The notes beneath the pieces are model-generated. The model was not told the origin of the DNA and did no database searches. It worked only from the letters and a program-made list of their open reading frames with translations. A stretch of DNA of 64,000 nucleotides, taken from Phoronis australis (Eukaryota > Animalia > Phoronida). The stretch covers positions 90,218 to 154,217 of the forward strand of contig NMRA01000774.1 in NCBI GenBank assembly GCA_002633005.1, read 5' to 3'. The position numbers were made by a program, and so were the translations under genes. Below are positions 25,701 to 38,247 of the stretch, piece after piece; position 1 is the stretch's first letter, and the number at the start of each line of letters is the position of its first letter.

Positions 25701-28700
25701 GGTGGTACGTTCCAGATTGGCAGAGGGTACCGCGAAACAGGAAACACTATTACATGTAGGTACCAGATGGATAGGACAAAAGATTAGGTTCAAGTAGGTT
25801 GTTTGCGTGTACCAAATGGGTACACGATACCAGATTTGTAGTGGCCGATTTCCTACAAAATGGACTCGAGCAAAGCGGCGTATGGTGACAGATGGGTTCG
25901 TAAACTGCCAAATGGACAAGATGTGATATACACTTAAAACAATACCAATGGGGACACAAACTGCCGCGTGGGCTAAAATATTACCATGCCAACTTCCGCA
26001 CATATTTTTTTATTATTAGTTTGACAACCCCGGAATGTGCCGCAAGAATTTGTACAGAAAATTTCCGACTGCTAGTTAGACTTGGTTTTGCCGGATTGAG
26101 AGTTGCTGTTATCAAATCAGGCCTAATTTCATTCCTTCGTTTTCATTTTGTTACTATTGTTCATCAAGTTGAACTCCCGAGCTACGGCGGTATACACCTG
26201 TACAATCAGCGATCTCTTGTCAAACTAGTCAAAAGAATTGCACTGGTCCTTTTTTTATAAACACCGATTTGTCGCCCTGGATGGATGGCAAGAGTGTACA
26301 CGTAGTTGGGCCTTTGATGTCATTTCAGCTCCAGTCGCAGAACCTGTCATACTGTGTACCAGGAGTATTTTACCAAGATATTTTCAGTGTTAAAATATCG
26401 TTACACAATTTTCAGAAAAAAGTTGCATTTGACCTAAATTAAAAGTTTAAGTATTTATTTAACTTTTGAAAGATACTCATAGTTGCAAAGCTACATGTAC
26501 GTGTGTGGGCATATGCGTGTGCATGCGCTAGTGTGGTGGTGGGTAGAATTACTCTTATCAATTTGTTTATGGTAACTCATTTGTGCAATGTTTACCTATT
26601 GCCCAGATCCCATTTTGTTAAATCGATTTCTGAGAAGTAGGCCTACTGTTACCTGTAGTATTCATCTATATTCGTGAAATTCTTAAAAATGAAAAAAAAT
26701 ATCCTGTAAAAGAACCCAAGCCAGTACTTCCTGTTGCTGATAGAGTAAATTGTCTTTGCCAAATGCCCTGCTCTTGGCGGATTCTCCCACCTTCTTGAAT
26801 GTTTCGCCTCCTAGCCAAATCATCTAAATGTCCGGCTTTTTGACATAGGCCCAATTACTACAGCAGGTCTGCAGTTATATGCATTGTTTACCTTTTCCCA
26901 CCGAACTTAATTTTTAAAAAAGGGAAGTTTACCTTGTAAAACAACCCAATTCACAGTATTTCGTGTTGCAGACAGCGTGCTGTATATTTGCCAATTCCCC
27001 CGCTCTTAGCGGACTGTCCTGATGTATATTTTTCTATATCCAGCCACACCATCTAAATGTCCCGCTTTTTTTACACAAGGCCACATTGACGTATTGTCAC
27101 ATACAATTGTAATTTCCAACGCAACGTAGCCATACATGTACTTTCCCGCTCCATAGACCTAATTCACGCGGCGGACATTAAAATACATAGCGAGGCTCAC
27201 TGCGATAAACAAAGATTATGTTGACCTTGCGTGAGTTAAATGGTCGGTCTTTCGAGTCCAACCTGGATATTAAATCTTAAAAATTTGTCGATAACTTGCC
27301 ACAGAGACGTAAAAATTCATTAGAGGACAAATCAATGGAACAAAGAGTTGTCTGAAGAAAGGGCATAGGTTTTTTCTCGGAAAATAAGGTTCGAAACATC
27401 GAAAGTAAATATGACCAAATTGCGGCGATCGCGTTACGGATTACTGTAGATATTATGCTGAATGCAGTGTTACGCTTATTCTTGTAAATTGGTGATAAAA
27501 ATGCTTTCTACACGAACCAGGTCATCTGCTCGTATTTTGATGTCATGTGCAATTAGTCACATCCCGTTTAATTTGTTGATAAAGATTATTAACATCAATC
27601 ATACCCTAGGGTGAGGTCAGTAGAGACTACCGGGACTAATTGTTGGTTTGTCATTGATCTGAAAGAATAATTGATGTTACTAAACATATGTTTTATTAAA
27701 ATAAAAAACCAGGCTCGTAATTGAAAATAAAAATTATTTGGTCATCAGTTCGGCTTTCTTAGAGTTAATAATTCTTACGTCTATTTATTGTGTTAGGATT
27801 CAAATCTGGACCAATTTTAATTTAAAATCAAAACACCAAATTCGTTCGTCCAAAGCATACATGTATACCTCGTTTTAGAGCTCAATTTCAGTTAACTGGA
27901 CAAAACAAGCATAGTTATCACGCGTTTTCAGGGGCCTCATTTATCCCAAAAGTGTTTGTGCCTTCTGTGAGGGCATTTTTTTGCCGAGAGTGCGGGGAAA
28001 TCTACCTCCCGATCACCATCAATAGAACCCCCTCCCTTTTGCAAGCTCTCATAGGCTCCCTGTCTCAAGTAGCATTTTGTGCTCTTTCAAACTGTCACTT
28101 GTGCGGTTACAGGTGATTCTCCGAAGAGATTTTTTCAATCACTGAGGGGAATTTTTAGGCCTCGTGGGTGACTGAGCTAGGTTAGATACCATCTTCTTGC
28201 AGATTAGAGCAATTATCGAACAAAAGAGAGGTGGCCCTCCAACCTTAAATGCTAGAATGGAGTTAATCAGTTGCGTAACATATTGGCTACAGCGGTCATC
28301 TTCCCATCTCGTTGTTGGACTATAGAGTCGAACAAGTTGGGAGCAACGGTAAAGCGCAGTATTGAATTTCGCGTGGCTTTTCTATACTTTTAACAGGGAA
28401 ATAGGGCCGATATTCGGCCCCAAAATCAAGAGATTTAGGGCCTTGTCCTTTTTGGAAAAAAAACGCATCATATGTTTCAACCCGTAGCGTGGACGGCGCA
28501 TCATACTATAGGGGGGGGGCTAGGCCGCATATGGTCTATTGGCGCTGCACCAAGGGGGGCTGAGGAGACTTGACACCCCCATTTTTTCCAGTGCTGCGCC
28601 ACCCATGCGTATTCATGAAAACACAGTCTGGCTGGCAGAAGATTTTCCGGTCGTTGCTATGATGTTCGGCAACTGAGATGCGACATATTATGATCTAACT

Positions 28701-31700
28701 TTGCGAAAACATTTATAAAATTTTCACGGACACATTTTCCTTCGTCGCGGCATATGGCAACGACCCAACGCTTCGAATCTCAACGTCCTTAGGGCATGCG
28801 CGCACCCAGCCTTCAATATAGTGGGGGCTCGAATTCCTGATTTTGTGCACATTTTTGCAACAAAAAAGGGGGCGAGCGAAAAAAAAAGGAAAAAACGGGA
28901 GCACCACTATGAATTGCGCATTTGCGCATGTTTAATGGACTTAGGCCTCATTTTCTCGGACATTTGTTTCTCTGAGGCTTAGCTTTTGCCCACTTCGCCA
29001 AATGGGGGGCCCGAGCCCCTCCCCCTGGGTGCGCGCATGCTTAGGGAAAACAGACAGTTGAGAGTCCGTACTTTTAATGCCGTTCAAGCAAACGGAATAC
29101 AACTATGCCGATAAGCCAACAGAGCTATCGTAGCGAGCCTCGTTTTGGAACGCGCCTCCTGTCGGCGTTAATGGGTCTTTTAAATGGAAAAACGGGATTT
29201 TTCTTGGATTTTTCCCATCAAACTCTGAAAAACAACAAAAAACGCTCCCGGGAACATTTCACGCTGTCGGTACTTTTTTCTGTTTCAGCGAAAAGTTCAA
29301 GTGCTTTTCATCTTAAGTGCCGCTTTTCAATCCAGCTGTTCCGTTTTTTTGTTCTTGAGTTCCGACCGCGACCACTTTGCAAAAGGTGTTTAAAATAACT
29401 TCGTTTTTTGTTATTATTTGGTAACATGTCTCTTGTTTACGATAACACACGCTACATGTACCAAGACCACTAACTTTTACTTTCTGAAGAAAACATTTTA
29501 TTTCCAAACTTGTATGGAAAGTCCTACACTGCAACCAATGTGAAGAGCTATCCACATTACAATTCAAACCTACGTCATACATGTAGATGTTTCCCCAATT
29601 TTTTCTATCGGAAAACCTGTGTGTGCAAATTTCGAATAGACACTTGAAGTGGCTTATCGCATTTTTAGTAAATGTCGTTACATTCTGAAATTTTCAGAGG
29701 AATTTAACTGCATCAAAGGGCACAAATGGTCCAGTTAACTATAATATATAAAGATGTAAATTTTTGGATGAATGCCTGGCTAAATTATTCAAAGCAACTT
29801 TGAGGTATACATACTAAAACCTTGTTCTTTATAGGGTAGACATATTTTGAATAATTGAAATTATTTCACTAATGGCTAAACTAGTCTTTTATATAACATC
29901 TTCGGTTCATTTCCTTTTTATGTTACCATGCCTTGCTATTATTTTTTTGGATTTTGGTAACACTCTTGGTTTCTAGAATTAAACAAATATTTTAAAACCA
30001 GTCAAGAAATGAAAATCACTGATGAGGAAAATCATTTATCCTTTGGTTGTGGTATAATCGTCAACAATGACAAAGGGTTTTCCGATATGACTTTTAAGCA
30101 ATTCAGTTGAAAAACGGCGGAGTTTCCATGCCAGTAAATTCCACAGCAACTACTCACACCTGAACAAACAAATGCAAATAACGTACTCTCATGCATGCGC
30201 GTCGCAACCTCAGCGGCCGCAAGATCGGACTGTGCATTCCAGGGCTAGAGTTCTACGATATCACGTACATGTACAGAACCAGATGGGTACACATGACCCA
30301 TGCGCAGCACTGAAAAAAGTGGGGCTATAGCCCCCCCAGCCCTCTGTGCTGCACCACCCATGGACCATGGGCGTCGTAGCACTGAAAAGGTGGGGCTATA
30401 GACCCCAGCCCCTTAGGGTGAGCCGCCCACGTAACAGCCAACTCGGCGACAGTAATACTAAGTAACGGGTTACGGCTTGTAGGAGTGAGCAGACTTGCAA
30501 GAGTGACAACGTCAATTGTCCAGTGCAGGCAGCCTGAGTGACTAGTGCTGTCGTCATGTGCGTAAAATAGTCCAGGGAGGTTCGAACAAGGTGGTGTTGT
30601 AGCGTTTATACCCGTGTGCACGGAGTTGTTCGTTGACGAACAGCCCAGTCCACCGCCTAGCTACAATACTACTTAAAATGGCGTTAATTCCCTGATGCCT
30701 GTCATAACAATAATCTTAGGCCAATGACCGGTAAAAATGGTTTGATCTTATTCTATATTTAGTTTATAAATGATTTCTGGTCTCGGTACAGGGCCGTAGA
30801 AAGCGCAGGTGGGCGTGCCATTCAAAAAACTTGCAGGAGTCAGGGTTAAAACATGGCAACCGATATAGGTTTGGCGCCTCGGACAGTCGAGACAATTGAC
30901 AACTCGGTATCAATACAGAAACCAAATAATATGAAGGTGAACTTATGCACATTGACGTTGACTTACTCTCTCCCTAAGAAGAACTGGGCCATTGATAGCT
31001 GCTCGTGGAACTATTTCCGTAACCACGATATCGCGCTCTCACGCCACTTTCTGTTTTTACTCACCAGACTTCAGCCAGAGCAGACTTGCGTGAAGGTATG
31101 TCTTATTGGAAAGTCACTCAGCGATGTAACAAAGATTGTGAATTATGTAAGAATATCAAGAATACATCTAATGCCACAGGTCGTGGGTCAAGGGGTCGTG
31201 GATTGTTGGTGGGGGGAGGTGTGGGTCGAGGGGGTCGTGGAGTTTGGGGGTCGAACGGGTCGAGGGGGTTTTAGAACAATTCTGAACTATTTCCAGCGTG
31301 ATAGACCCAGTTCAGCATGCCTTGGGTCTTCAAACAATAAGATATAACGAACTGACGATCTAATTCAAAGTCAAAAATGTTGCGAGTCCATCAGTAGCAC
31401 TTACTTTTGTTCATTGCCTGTAAAATCATCTGGTCAATTGTCTGTCCGTGGCATCCAATCAATGCCTGAAGGAAACAAATACCAAGCATATAGTTTTCAA
31501 TATTTCAAGTGTACATGCACTTGGATTTGAATCTTGGTTAAAAAGTAAAAGATACCAACAGACTAAAATGAAAATTTGGTCCATAAAATGAAGCAAACTA
31601 GTCAAAACAGCTTGTTATTAAAACAATATATATTCTTTTGACAATGACAGATTTAAGATATGTCGTAAGGCGTCTCAGCTACCATTTTCAAAGGAAACGT

Positions 31701-32541
31701 GTCTGCACTAATCCAAAAATCGACATACTGACGCCCACCCCCTAAATGCGTCCATGGTCTAACAAAATTGAAAGATCTGATGTGAGCGATACTAAGAAGC
31801 ATAGCGTTAGAGCAATTTTGCTCCCTTTTTCAAAAATACAGAGTTTCTGTTACTAGTTTTACTGAGCAGTGTCGTAAATAAACTGCAAGGCTGGGACTCT
31901 CATTCCATGAAGCTATGTAAAGATTTGCGAATCATTTTAATTCCGGAGTTGTTCAAAGTACTGAGAAATGAGGTGTTACTTAAGACAATGACTGTAGAAA
32001 GTTGTAAAAATCTTGCTTCCTAGCAGTATCTCTTAAAAGGCTGATTAGAATGAAATAGAAAGTTGATGAGAGAATCGTTATCTAAATCGCTGTTATATTT
32101 GCTTTGAAAAACGGCTCAGTCGTGAAAAAGAACTAACTAAAACTTGAATGTATGTGAATTTCATAAAGCAATTGCAATAACAATCTTAAAGATGGTTGAT
32201 CACCTGTGGTGGTGTTTTTGAGATTTGATATCGATTATTTTTATGAAATGATATTTGGTCATCTGAATTAGCTGGGTGCTTCCTAAGAACCTAGAGCGAT
32301 CTTTTGTGTTTTGTTAGATGTATAATTGCACAGATTTGCTCACTTCTTATTTTTTCTAGTGCCTAACTTCAGAAAATATTTCCTTCAGTTGACAATCAAA
32401 TTACATAACTCACAAAGTTACTCTTAACGTGAACAACATTTTAACCAATTTTGCTAATCTGTAATTGGTTTTGCTAAACCAACTCACCTCAATTAGTATT
32501 GCAGAGATCGACGAAATTGTCCAAAGAACCGCGAAAGCCAT
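7671..32541 (-). CDS. Astacin-family (M12A) zinc metalloprotease, 8 exons in window, 3' end incomplete: join(32488..32541,31405..31465,25314..25407,22858..23021,20130..20314,13958..14161,11211..11340,7671..7799)
   Basis: Exons splice GT-AG with matching phases (0,1,2,1,0,0,1) into 340 stop-free codons: [32 protein letters not shown]...IEYDMLF...[21 protein letters not shown]...TCLKIV...GCSSYVG...[19 protein letters not shown]...[10 protein letters not shown]...LNLMYNC...[14 protein letters not shown]12-K. HEXXHXXGXXHE and SXMHY are astacin signatures. Confidence 0.95.
8179..9066. mobile_element. Non-autonomous Mutator-like element with 9-bp TSD
   Basis: TIR (G/A)GATTGTTCTAAA ... TTTAAGGACAATC, subterminal CCCTCGACCCACGACC repeats; flanks TAGTTTACC / TAATTTACC. 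Confidence 0.7.
9085..9330 (+). mobile_element. 3' fragment of RTE-X-like LINE
   Basis: [13 protein letters not shown] motif (EDExHFLLxC zinc-knuckle region of LINE ORF2). Confidence 0.55.
11211..11340 (-). CDS. Astacin exon 7 ([14 protein letters not shown]...[18 protein letters not shown])
   Basis: ataacag acceptor, A|GTAAGT donor; typical astacin C-terminal AFSxNG...IG...SxxD..LNxMYxC. Confidence 0.95.
12771..13211. repeat. About 440-bp fold-back (near-perfect palindromic MITE)
   Basis: Arms of about 215 bp are reverse complements (gagtctaatactgg...ccagtattagactc; tctggccaattggtggcgttttggccaga), centre near 12990. Confidence 0.85.
13958..14161 (-). CDS. Astacin exon 6 (zinc-binding [19 protein letters not shown] and Met-turn SVMHY)
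   Basis: tttttttcag acceptor, TAT|GTGAGT donor, 68 codons. Confidence 0.97.
15372..15522. repeat. Short palindromic MITE-like element
   Basis: attatcgccc..ggggctaacgcccc..ggacgataat hairpin with complementary outer arms. Confidence 0.55.
16286..16523. repeat. Diverged minisatellite, about 4 units of 58-63 bp
   Basis: Units start cgtgggtag/cgtgagtag at 16286, 16344, 16407, 16470, each with ctgcctgcaag...cacgag-type core. Confidence 0.75.
17653..19002. repeat. Duplication 17653-18233 / 18427-19002 around single n at 18426 (likely two haplotypes)
   Basis: Near-identical 580-bp copies that diverge after gcatttatcggtat. Confidence 0.9.
18234..18425 (+). mobile_element. 5' end of a THAP-encoding DNA transposon (ISL2EU/Harbinger-like, tentative), truncated at contig end
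   Basis: Begins AT|AGCGGATTTGCAG in one copy only; ATG at 18340 gives [28 protein letters not shown](F). Confidence 0.65.
20130..20314 (-). CDS. Astacin exon 5 (catalytic domain, ...[45 protein letters not shown])
   Basis: ttttccgtag acceptor, ACG|GTAAAC donor; TC and GCxSYVG astacin motifs. Confidence 0.95.
21457..22089 (-). mobile_element. Solo-LTR-like element with heat-shock-element array and (TA)n TATA region
   Basis: TG...CA termini (TGACATG ... CGTGACA on minus); GAAnnTTC arrays at 21885-22025 upstream of TATATATA (about 21855-21872). No TSD seen. Confidence 0.55.
22858..23021 (-). CDS. Astacin exon 4 (end of prodomain, RQRR convertase site, mature N-terminus [17 protein letters not shown])
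   Basis: ttttgttgaag acceptor, A|GTGAGT donor; W..xxIPY astacin motif; phases fit both neighbours. Confidence 0.9.
23528..24303. other. Assembly gap (776 N) in astacin intron 3
   Basis: Run of n; flanking exon phases are already compatible, so no missing exon is required. Confidence 0.99.
25314..25407 (-). CDS. Astacin exon 3 (prodomain, [30 protein letters not shown])
   Basis: atttgcag acceptor, GA|GTAAGT donor; IEYDML resembles the astacin aspartate-switch motif (F/E-x-G-D-I type). Confidence 0.88.
27155..29178 (+). mobile_element. Non-autonomous DNA transposon (AGACCTAAT termini), copy 1, with two nested MITEs
   Basis: Colinear with 38248-39847; imperfect TIRs; extra inserts at about 28488-28607 and 28795-29039 are absent from copy 2. 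Confidence 0.8.
28795..29039. mobile_element. MITE with CATGCGCGCAC termini (inverted relative to 34746-34997)
   Basis: Flanked by a cttaggg direct repeat; the homologous site in 38248-39847 is empty. Confidence 0.75.
31405..31465 (-). CDS. Astacin exon 2 ([20 protein letters not shown]; end of signal peptide, start of prodomain)
   Basis: tttgtttccttcag acceptor, A|GTAAGT donor, phase 0 to phase 1. Confidence 0.88.
32488..32541 (-). CDS. Astacin exon 1 (start codon, signal peptide [18 protein letters not shown])
   Basis: aaagATGG start context, hydrophobic 18 codons, GAG|GTGAGT donor in phase 0, TATA box upstream. Confidence 0.85.
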
Positions 32542-32595
32542 CTTTGCAGAGCAACTTTTCTCCCAGTTGTGCAGATGATTGATATACAAAAAGCA

Positions 32596-32617
32596 TTTAT
32601 AGATTTTGAGGGCCAAT
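32596..32617 (-). promoter_or_regulatory. Putative astacin core promoter: TATAAA box (32601-32596) and adjacent CCAAT motif (32613-32617)
   Basis: TATAAA lies about 55 nt upstream of the ATG on the minus strand; motif match only. Confidence 0.55.
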
Positions 32618-33179
32618 GTAGGCGTGCCGTTTGTTCATGCTAATAAAATATAATCTCAAACATTAGGGAGACCGGAGAACAATACCGCATTTGCATGTAA
32701 TTGTCGAATTTCTCTTATCTGTTTTATTAGGCACAAAAATAAGTAGAAGAGAGGGTAGCTTTATCAACCCCTCTAACATCCGGGTAAGAAACGAAAATAA
32801 TGAACGCATTGTTTTGAATAACACCGCGAAGTCGACAGAAATAGCGACGACAACGTCAAAGGCATGCGATCCCATGTCACTGATCACTCGGAACCATTTT
32901 TACATTTTATTAATACATAGTTAACCATATTTCTTTTGCTTCAAAAGCGAATTGTTTTGAATTGTGGAAATACATGTTTTCAGTCGCACTGATACGGTAA
33001 TCCCTGTGAACATCTGCTCCTTTGGTGTTTCTGCTGTGTGGTACTTCGTCGATTGTCACAGATTTTACCGAAACTTCATGAGGGTTTGGTCCAGCCGATA
33101 CGCACTAACTCAGGTTTGGCTCTTCTAACACTCGTTTTCGTTTTTATTTTGATCTTGTAAACATATTAACTGCATCAAA

Positions 33180-33735
33180 CCAGATGCAAAATATTCACCG
33201 CAAGCCAGATGTCTATGGATAAACACTACCAGACCCACCTAGTGGTGGTTTAGCCCCGACAGACACGCCCAAATAACCGAGTTGAGGTGGATCAACCCAG
33301 CAGGTAATTGTTTGAAACCAGTTGGACGGTGTTCAGCATCACTGCACATCACACCAGAATTAGATGTCACACAAAGTCAGTGGTGGGGTGCCCCTTCCAG
33401 ACGATTATCAAAAAAGGTTAAAAGTTCAGCTAGATCAACCCACTAGGTAATCGCATAAAACCAGTTGCAAAAGCCCATGTATCACGAATAAGCATTGCCA
33501 GACAAACGTAGTGGTGGGTTTGCCCCGCCAGACACGCCCAAATATCTGAATTGAGCTAGACTAACCCACCCACTTGATGTTCAGCATCACTGCACATGGC
33601 ACAACAGTAAGATGCTAGATAATTTAAACGGTGGGGTGCCCTTGACAGGCGATTACAAAAAGCAGGACTAAAATTTAAGCTAGATCAATCCAAGAGTTAA
33701 CTGCATGAAAAGAGCTGCAAACTATTCAACGTAAC
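33180..33735. repeat. Diverged A-B-A-B tandem repeat (about 135-bp subunits, about 270-bp dimer)
   Basis: gtggtgg..gcccc..cagac and gctagatcaaccc-type motifs recur four times; gttcagcatcactgcacat recurs twice. Confidence 0.7.
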
Positions 33736-34745
33736 CCCAAGTATCTCATACGAACCGTAAAACCGATCTTTTTTGCCGAAAAACTCGACGTATCTAAAAT
33801 TTTCAACAACATTGCGCATTTTTTTGTAAAAACACGCTTGCGCAATGTAAAGTAACTCGGTTACTTTTTTAATAATTTTGTTTTAAGCTCAACAATTGTA
33901 AATTGTATTCAGCTTTCGCAACAAACATTCAAGTTAAGATCTAAAAATAGTGTTTGAAATTGTAATACTAAAACTTAAAAACTGTTTATAAATAAGTGTG
34001 CAAGGCTTCCCCGCGCGTGAGGACTCAATTGACCTTGAGACAGCACAGCTAGCCTGCCAGTGCCTCTTGAGTTGGATTTCGTTTCCATTTGAATGAACGT
34101 GGGTATGGAATTCGTCGCCGAAGATGGGTCCGTCTAAAAAATTCTTTGCAAGTCCTACCGACAGTGAGTACGTACTGTAACAGTTGCGACACCCGATTTG
34201 TCAATCATAACCTTTGCACCTTCTCGGAATTCCGGTACTGTTTGGTTGGCGTGCCTTTGGTTGTTTCAGTGCTTTGGGGACGATAAAATATATGGCGTAT
34301 CGATTTCTACTTTGCAATACTGTTTGATTTGCCCATATAATATCAAAAAATTACGTACTCGGTGATATTAACCTGTCACGTCGTAACACATCCCAGGTCA
34401 CTTGAGAAAGCTGCTTATGATCTGATGACTATGTTTGAAAGCGCAAACTTGTACGAAAAACATTTAGACGAATTACAGAATACAAAACGATAATTAAAAA
34501 GCTATTATTGACAGCTGGTATTCAACAGTTTCACCGATAAAACCTATTTTTAAAGATTACGCCTGTTTGATTCCTCTGTAAAGCAGGAAAAAACATTGCT
34601 AATGATGATCTTTTCCTGTAATCCATGAACCAAATATTTGTGGGTCAATTTGTCATGTTTTGCTATGGTCGATCGTTTAGAGTGTTTAAAAGAGAACTAC
34701 TACTTGACTGAAAATTATCTTCGCCCTCTCGTGTTTCAACCAGTG

Positions 34746-34997
34746 CATGTGCGCAAACAGGGGGAAGCTCCGGGGGGCTCAAACGAGCCCCCCATTTGGC
34801 GAATTGGGCAAATAGGTCTGCCTGTGAGAATAAAAAAGTCCTAAAAATGAGACAAAAGTCCACTAAACAAGCACGTACGCGCAATTCACATTGGTGCGCC
34901 CGTTTTTTTTTTTTAGTCCGCCGGCCATTTTGTTACCAAAAGGTGCACAACGTTAGAAATTCTAGCACCCCCATATTGAAGGCTAGGTGCGCGCATG
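34746..34997. mobile_element. MITE with CATG(C/T)GCGCA termini, cagtg direct repeat
   Basis: Reverse-complement homologue of 28795-29039. Confidence 0.75.
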
Positions 34998-35670
34998 CAG
35001 TGTGAAGGGGTTTCACAAGGAATCATTTTCAGGCACGTATTCTAGTATTTTTCGAAACCACATGAAGACGGGAGTCTGCTATCATTAAAGTGATCGGTTT
35101 GCCAATCTAGCCGCAGTCAATTCTCTATTGGCCTTCATTGACTACAATTTGTTATAACCACTTCCTCAAACACAGTAGCGACGCTACATCACTGAATATG
35201 AGATAACATTGAAGTTGCTTCACGCCTGTTTGCAGCAAGGGTACTTTTGGAATACTGAACAATAAATAAAAAACATCAATTTTCAAGAAACAAAAAACAA
35301 CCAATGATACGTTTGCCACACTGCCTCTGTCCATGAAATTGCTAAAAACAATTGAAGTGATGATTTTGAAAAAGGAAGCTGGTACCATGGGTATTCGATA
35401 ATACTCCTTTAGAAAGTGGAGGCTGGCGAAGTTACCTGTTTTAAGTTACTACAGTTAAGAGGGTTTGCCCAGTCGTTTTTGACATAACGCTAAAACAATG
35501 CATGTCCCAACCAGAAACTATGAATGCCTCTTACAGATTGGAATACAGTAGGCATGGTGCAGGTCCAAGCTGTCACATCGTCACAAATTGTCACAAAATC
35601 GATTCCTTGAACCACACAGCTTTATTAAAAGTATTGCAGGCGATCCAATACCCCTGAATAGCATCCTACT

Positions 35671-36695
35671 GGATTGTTTTAAAAACTCTCGACCCCCCCC
35701 CACCCCTCGACCCCCGGACCCACGACCCCATACACCCACAACCTCCGCGAGCCACGAGCTACGACCCAAGACCCACAACCCCCTCTACCCGAAGCCTGTA
35801 TGGCTACGTCAGGTTATTGACTCACATTCGGCTTTGCTTGGTCTGTACAGCTGTACAAACCAGCACAACTACAATAGCAGCAGACAGCCCACACGTTTCA
35901 AACGCCCCATAAAAAGGAGTATATAATCGAACCGGAAACAACGCACCTCTTCTGGGAAAAACAAGTCCATGCTTCTTTCGTCCCATAGCAGCACGGGAAT
36001 GGAGACGATAGAATGGAATCACGAACCATTTTTCAGTTTGGCGCCTCAGACCGCCACTCCATCTTGCCTGCAAAGTTGCCACGAGAGCTGCCAAGCGCTC
36101 TACTCGCACGAGCCTACTTTGCACAGTCAGTGAGTACACAATTGTGTTCGTCCGCAGTGACAACTCAAAATTCGTATTTAGTACATCAAGTTATTGGCTG
36201 TTCAGCACTGGAATTAGTGGGAGCTAAAACCACATGCCTCTGATACGACAATCCAATACCTGACACTGAATAATTACAATAAAGAGACAAAATCAGTCAC
36301 AATGAAGCGTGCATCATGATGAAATGCAAAACGTTCAAATGAGAGTTACACTGATTTTATCTTCAGCAATTGTTCGGAACTTTTTCATCAAAGACTTTGA
36401 TTTTCTAACATGAAGGTGTTTTTTTGCTTTTATTTTTGCAAAAATCTGCGAAGCCAATGATCGTCGACATCTCTTCCACCACGTTTTCAAAGAAAATCCT
36501 TCAATGACGTAATAAGATTATGAAGTATGCAAAAATCGCAAAACTACATCTATTGCTACAGGTCGTTGGTCAAAAGGGTCGTGGCTCGAGAGGGTCGTGG
36601 ATCGACGGCCGAAGGTGTCGACAGGGGGTAGAGAGTCGTGGGGCGAGGTGGTTCTGGGTCGAGGGGGCTTGGGTTGAGAGGGTCGAGAACTATCC
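35671..36695. mobile_element. Mutator-like MITE family member (same termini as 8179-9066); isolated ends also at about 31170-31282, 40437 and 53431
   Basis: GGATTGTTTTAAA start, CCCTCGACCC/GGGTCGAGGG subterminal repeats, GAGAACTATCC end; TSD not evident. Confidence 0.6.
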
Positions 36696-36899
36696 CGTTG
36701 GTAGGCCACTTAGGTCGAGCCCATTGCCCAAATCACCTGATTTAGACTCACAAGAACCCTCTTGTGTAAATTTAGTCAATTGGCTCCTCCATGAAATGGT
36801 TGCAAACTCCATACCCAAGTACGTCACAATCTTCTGTCCTTCATGTTTGATATTTGGTCCAAGTTTACTATACTTAGTATATTTTTAGCATTTAATGCC

Positions 36900-38130
36900 T
36901 TGGCCCACATGTTACTTAAAATTTACAGGAGCAGCTTTTCATGAGGGCAGTGGCGTGAAATACAAATTTCATTAGAATAACCTGAGCAATAGGTTCCGAC
37001 ATTTTCATTAACTTTACAAATTGATGTATTTTTGTTTCACGCCACCACCACTCAGGTATAAATGCAGTTATCAGAGATGAGTACTTTTTACAAACACATA
37101 TGAAATCGTAATCATCTTCAATTAGGGACACACAGAAACAACACACACGGTATTTTTGGTCCACAAGAGCATGTCTACCGTTAATTAAGTTACGATTGGA
37201 GTAACGTGATTTAGGCAAGCTGTTATAAAAAATATGAAATATCACGCAATAGATAGGATTCCATTTCAAAATCAATTTTAGATAAGGAATGTGCATTAAG
37301 TTTTGCGCTATTATCTACAGCAAAGGTCCAGTCTTTTATAGAACAATCTTTAAGTCGCTGCTCAAAAATGACAACAAAAGGTGCTTCGTAGCCAACTCCC
37401 TGATTGTGGATACCAATCCAAAACCACATCATTGAAGCAAATTCCTAACAGATCAAGCCCAAGTTTTCCTACCAGCCTCATATAATGTGACAAGCTTGTC
37501 ATAGACTGACTTTGGAATTCGATGTGCTGGAATTTTCAGCAATTTAAATCAATACTTGATCAGCTTACCTAACACCTTTAAGTTGGATACCTTCCCAGTT
37601 CTCCAAGGACAGCATGATTTAAACAGTTACATGTACTTCAAACTCCCTAGCAGTTGTTTACAATCTTTCAATTTGAGCATTCTTTGTGTCCCCAAATCTC
37701 TATGCCATAGCTAATGATTAGGCATACCATTTTATCAAAATTCTCGAGTGCAATTGTCGGTGAAAGTCGTTAACATTTTAACTGAAAACGTTTTCTTAAA
37801 ACATCGCTTTCTGTGCCTGGTGTGACAAAGTTCTCGAAGGTTGCGTCCAGACTAACATAGGTGTAAGGCAAATACCCAAGTACTTATACGATGAGACGAC
37901 ATCAATTTTGTCATTTCCAAAAGGTCATTTTTCGTATTTTCTCAATAGTCCACATTTTCTAAATACCATTATTTTTGTTTTTTAAGATTGTCTTTCATAT
38001 CCAAATCCTGACACTATTCATGCAGAACGTTAATTTGTTGCTGTAGTTTGAAAGCTGTCTCTGCACAACCAACCATATCATCAGCGTTTAGCAACATACA
38101 GATTCGAGGTACTAATTCTCATTTACTAAA
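36900..38130 (-). mobile_element. Decayed RTE-X-like LINE ORF2 3' half
   Basis: Remnants MLLNADDMV (YADD), YKYLG, GYEA, INGRH...CCFC...IEDDYDFICVC. Confidence 0.7.
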
Positions 38131-38247
38131 ATCTGCAAAGTTCGGGATTTGAAGTGTATTTTACGGAAGAATAGTTCTAATCTGTCACCGAAAAGATCAA
38201 AATTTAGTCACCGTAACCGACCTCGGTAAATTGGCCTACCGAACTAT

